NCBI GenBank assembly: GCA_934591705.1
Contig: CAKTPM010000005.1
Span: 972-64,971 of the forward strand
Length of the DNA stretch: 64,000 bases
Reading direction: 5' to 3'
DNA from: an uncultured Oscillospiraceae bacterium
GTDB taxonomy: Bacteria; Bacillota; Clostridia; Oscillospirales; Oscillospiraceae
Shown here: positions 63,793 through 64,000 of the stretch, one piece after another
How positions within the stretch are numbered: the stretch's first letter is position 1
How the letters are laid out: the number at the start of each line of letters is the position of its first letter
The notes under the pieces: generated by a model
The model's database searches: none
What the model saw: the letters and a program-made list of their open reading frames with translations, nothing else
What the model was told of the DNA's origin: nothing
Position numbers and translations under genes: made by a program

Positions 63793-64000
63793 GTGACGCT
63801 ATCTTAGCATTCTCCCCGCCGCCTGTCAAGTACTTTCTGCCGCCGTCCGCCAGTGGCGTACAGTTTTCCTTTTTTCCGGTTGCCAAAAGTTTTTCTTGTG
63901 TTATAATGGCCCTACGGGATCATCCCGAGAACGACGAGAGTTGAGGAAAACTGCGTATGAAACCCCAGGAAAAGCTGAATATGACCATGCTCTGCGACTT

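Noticed and set aside
63956-64000. ATG with weak RBS (GAGGAAA) opening MKPQEKLNMTMLCD at the window edge
   Set aside because: Only 15 codons visible. Cannot be evaluated.

Overview
This is a high-GC (roughly 60-65%) Firmicutes/Clostridia chromosomal segment, mostly minus-strand coding. The taxon call rests on the sporulation operons spoIIIAA-AH and spoIIAA-spoIIAB-sigF, Cheo-type LexA boxes, T-box and TPP leaders, and type-I dockerins.

Left ~20 kb (accessory, cobalamin-themed):
- A partial giant secreted GLUG-repeat protein gene. It runs off the window start, so the ORF track did not report it; the long + ORFs there are its antisense shadow.
- A candidate cobalamin riboswitch with terminator lies between that gene and the next operon.
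- A tightly coupled 8-gene minus-strand operon (20273 to 6175). It encodes dockerin-bearing and membrane/lipid-anchored proteins carrying DUF4430 (transcobalamin beta-domain-like) modules, an alpha/alpha-toroid prenyltransferase-like protein, a PQQ-propeller/cadherin-like giant, and a MoxR-DUF58-transglutaminase triad.
- This operon is preceded by a ~650-nt structured leader (promoter, second B12-box-like element, several terminator hairpins).
- Directly upstream is the cobalamin nucleotide-loop operon cobT-cobU-cobS-(mini cobU-like)-cobC.

Middle (housekeeping/sporulation): ispA, xseB, xseA, nusB, asp23, spoIIIAH-AA, dnaE, C_GCAxxG_C_C protein, whiA, rapZ, murB, ROK glucokinase, hprK, rpmB, DUF2500, pcrA. 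Then comes an SOS-box promoter driving a small hydrophobic peptide, a radical-SAM DNA-repair protein and a DUF4130 protein. After that: sigF-spoIIAB-spoIIAA, valS with T-box leader, sdaAB-sdaAA, DedA-family membrane protein, LysR regulator, Na/Pi cotransporter, PhoR/PhoP-like two-component pair with Pho-box-like repeats.

Right end: a low-GC ~2.9 kb restriction-modification island (HTH + beta-class MTase; HTH controller + putative REase) inserted beside a tRNA-Gln(CUG). Then thiT behind a TPP riboswitch.

Listed coordinates can be off by +/-1 nt relative to my manual indexing. Gene starts were re-derived from RBS and in-frame start codons.
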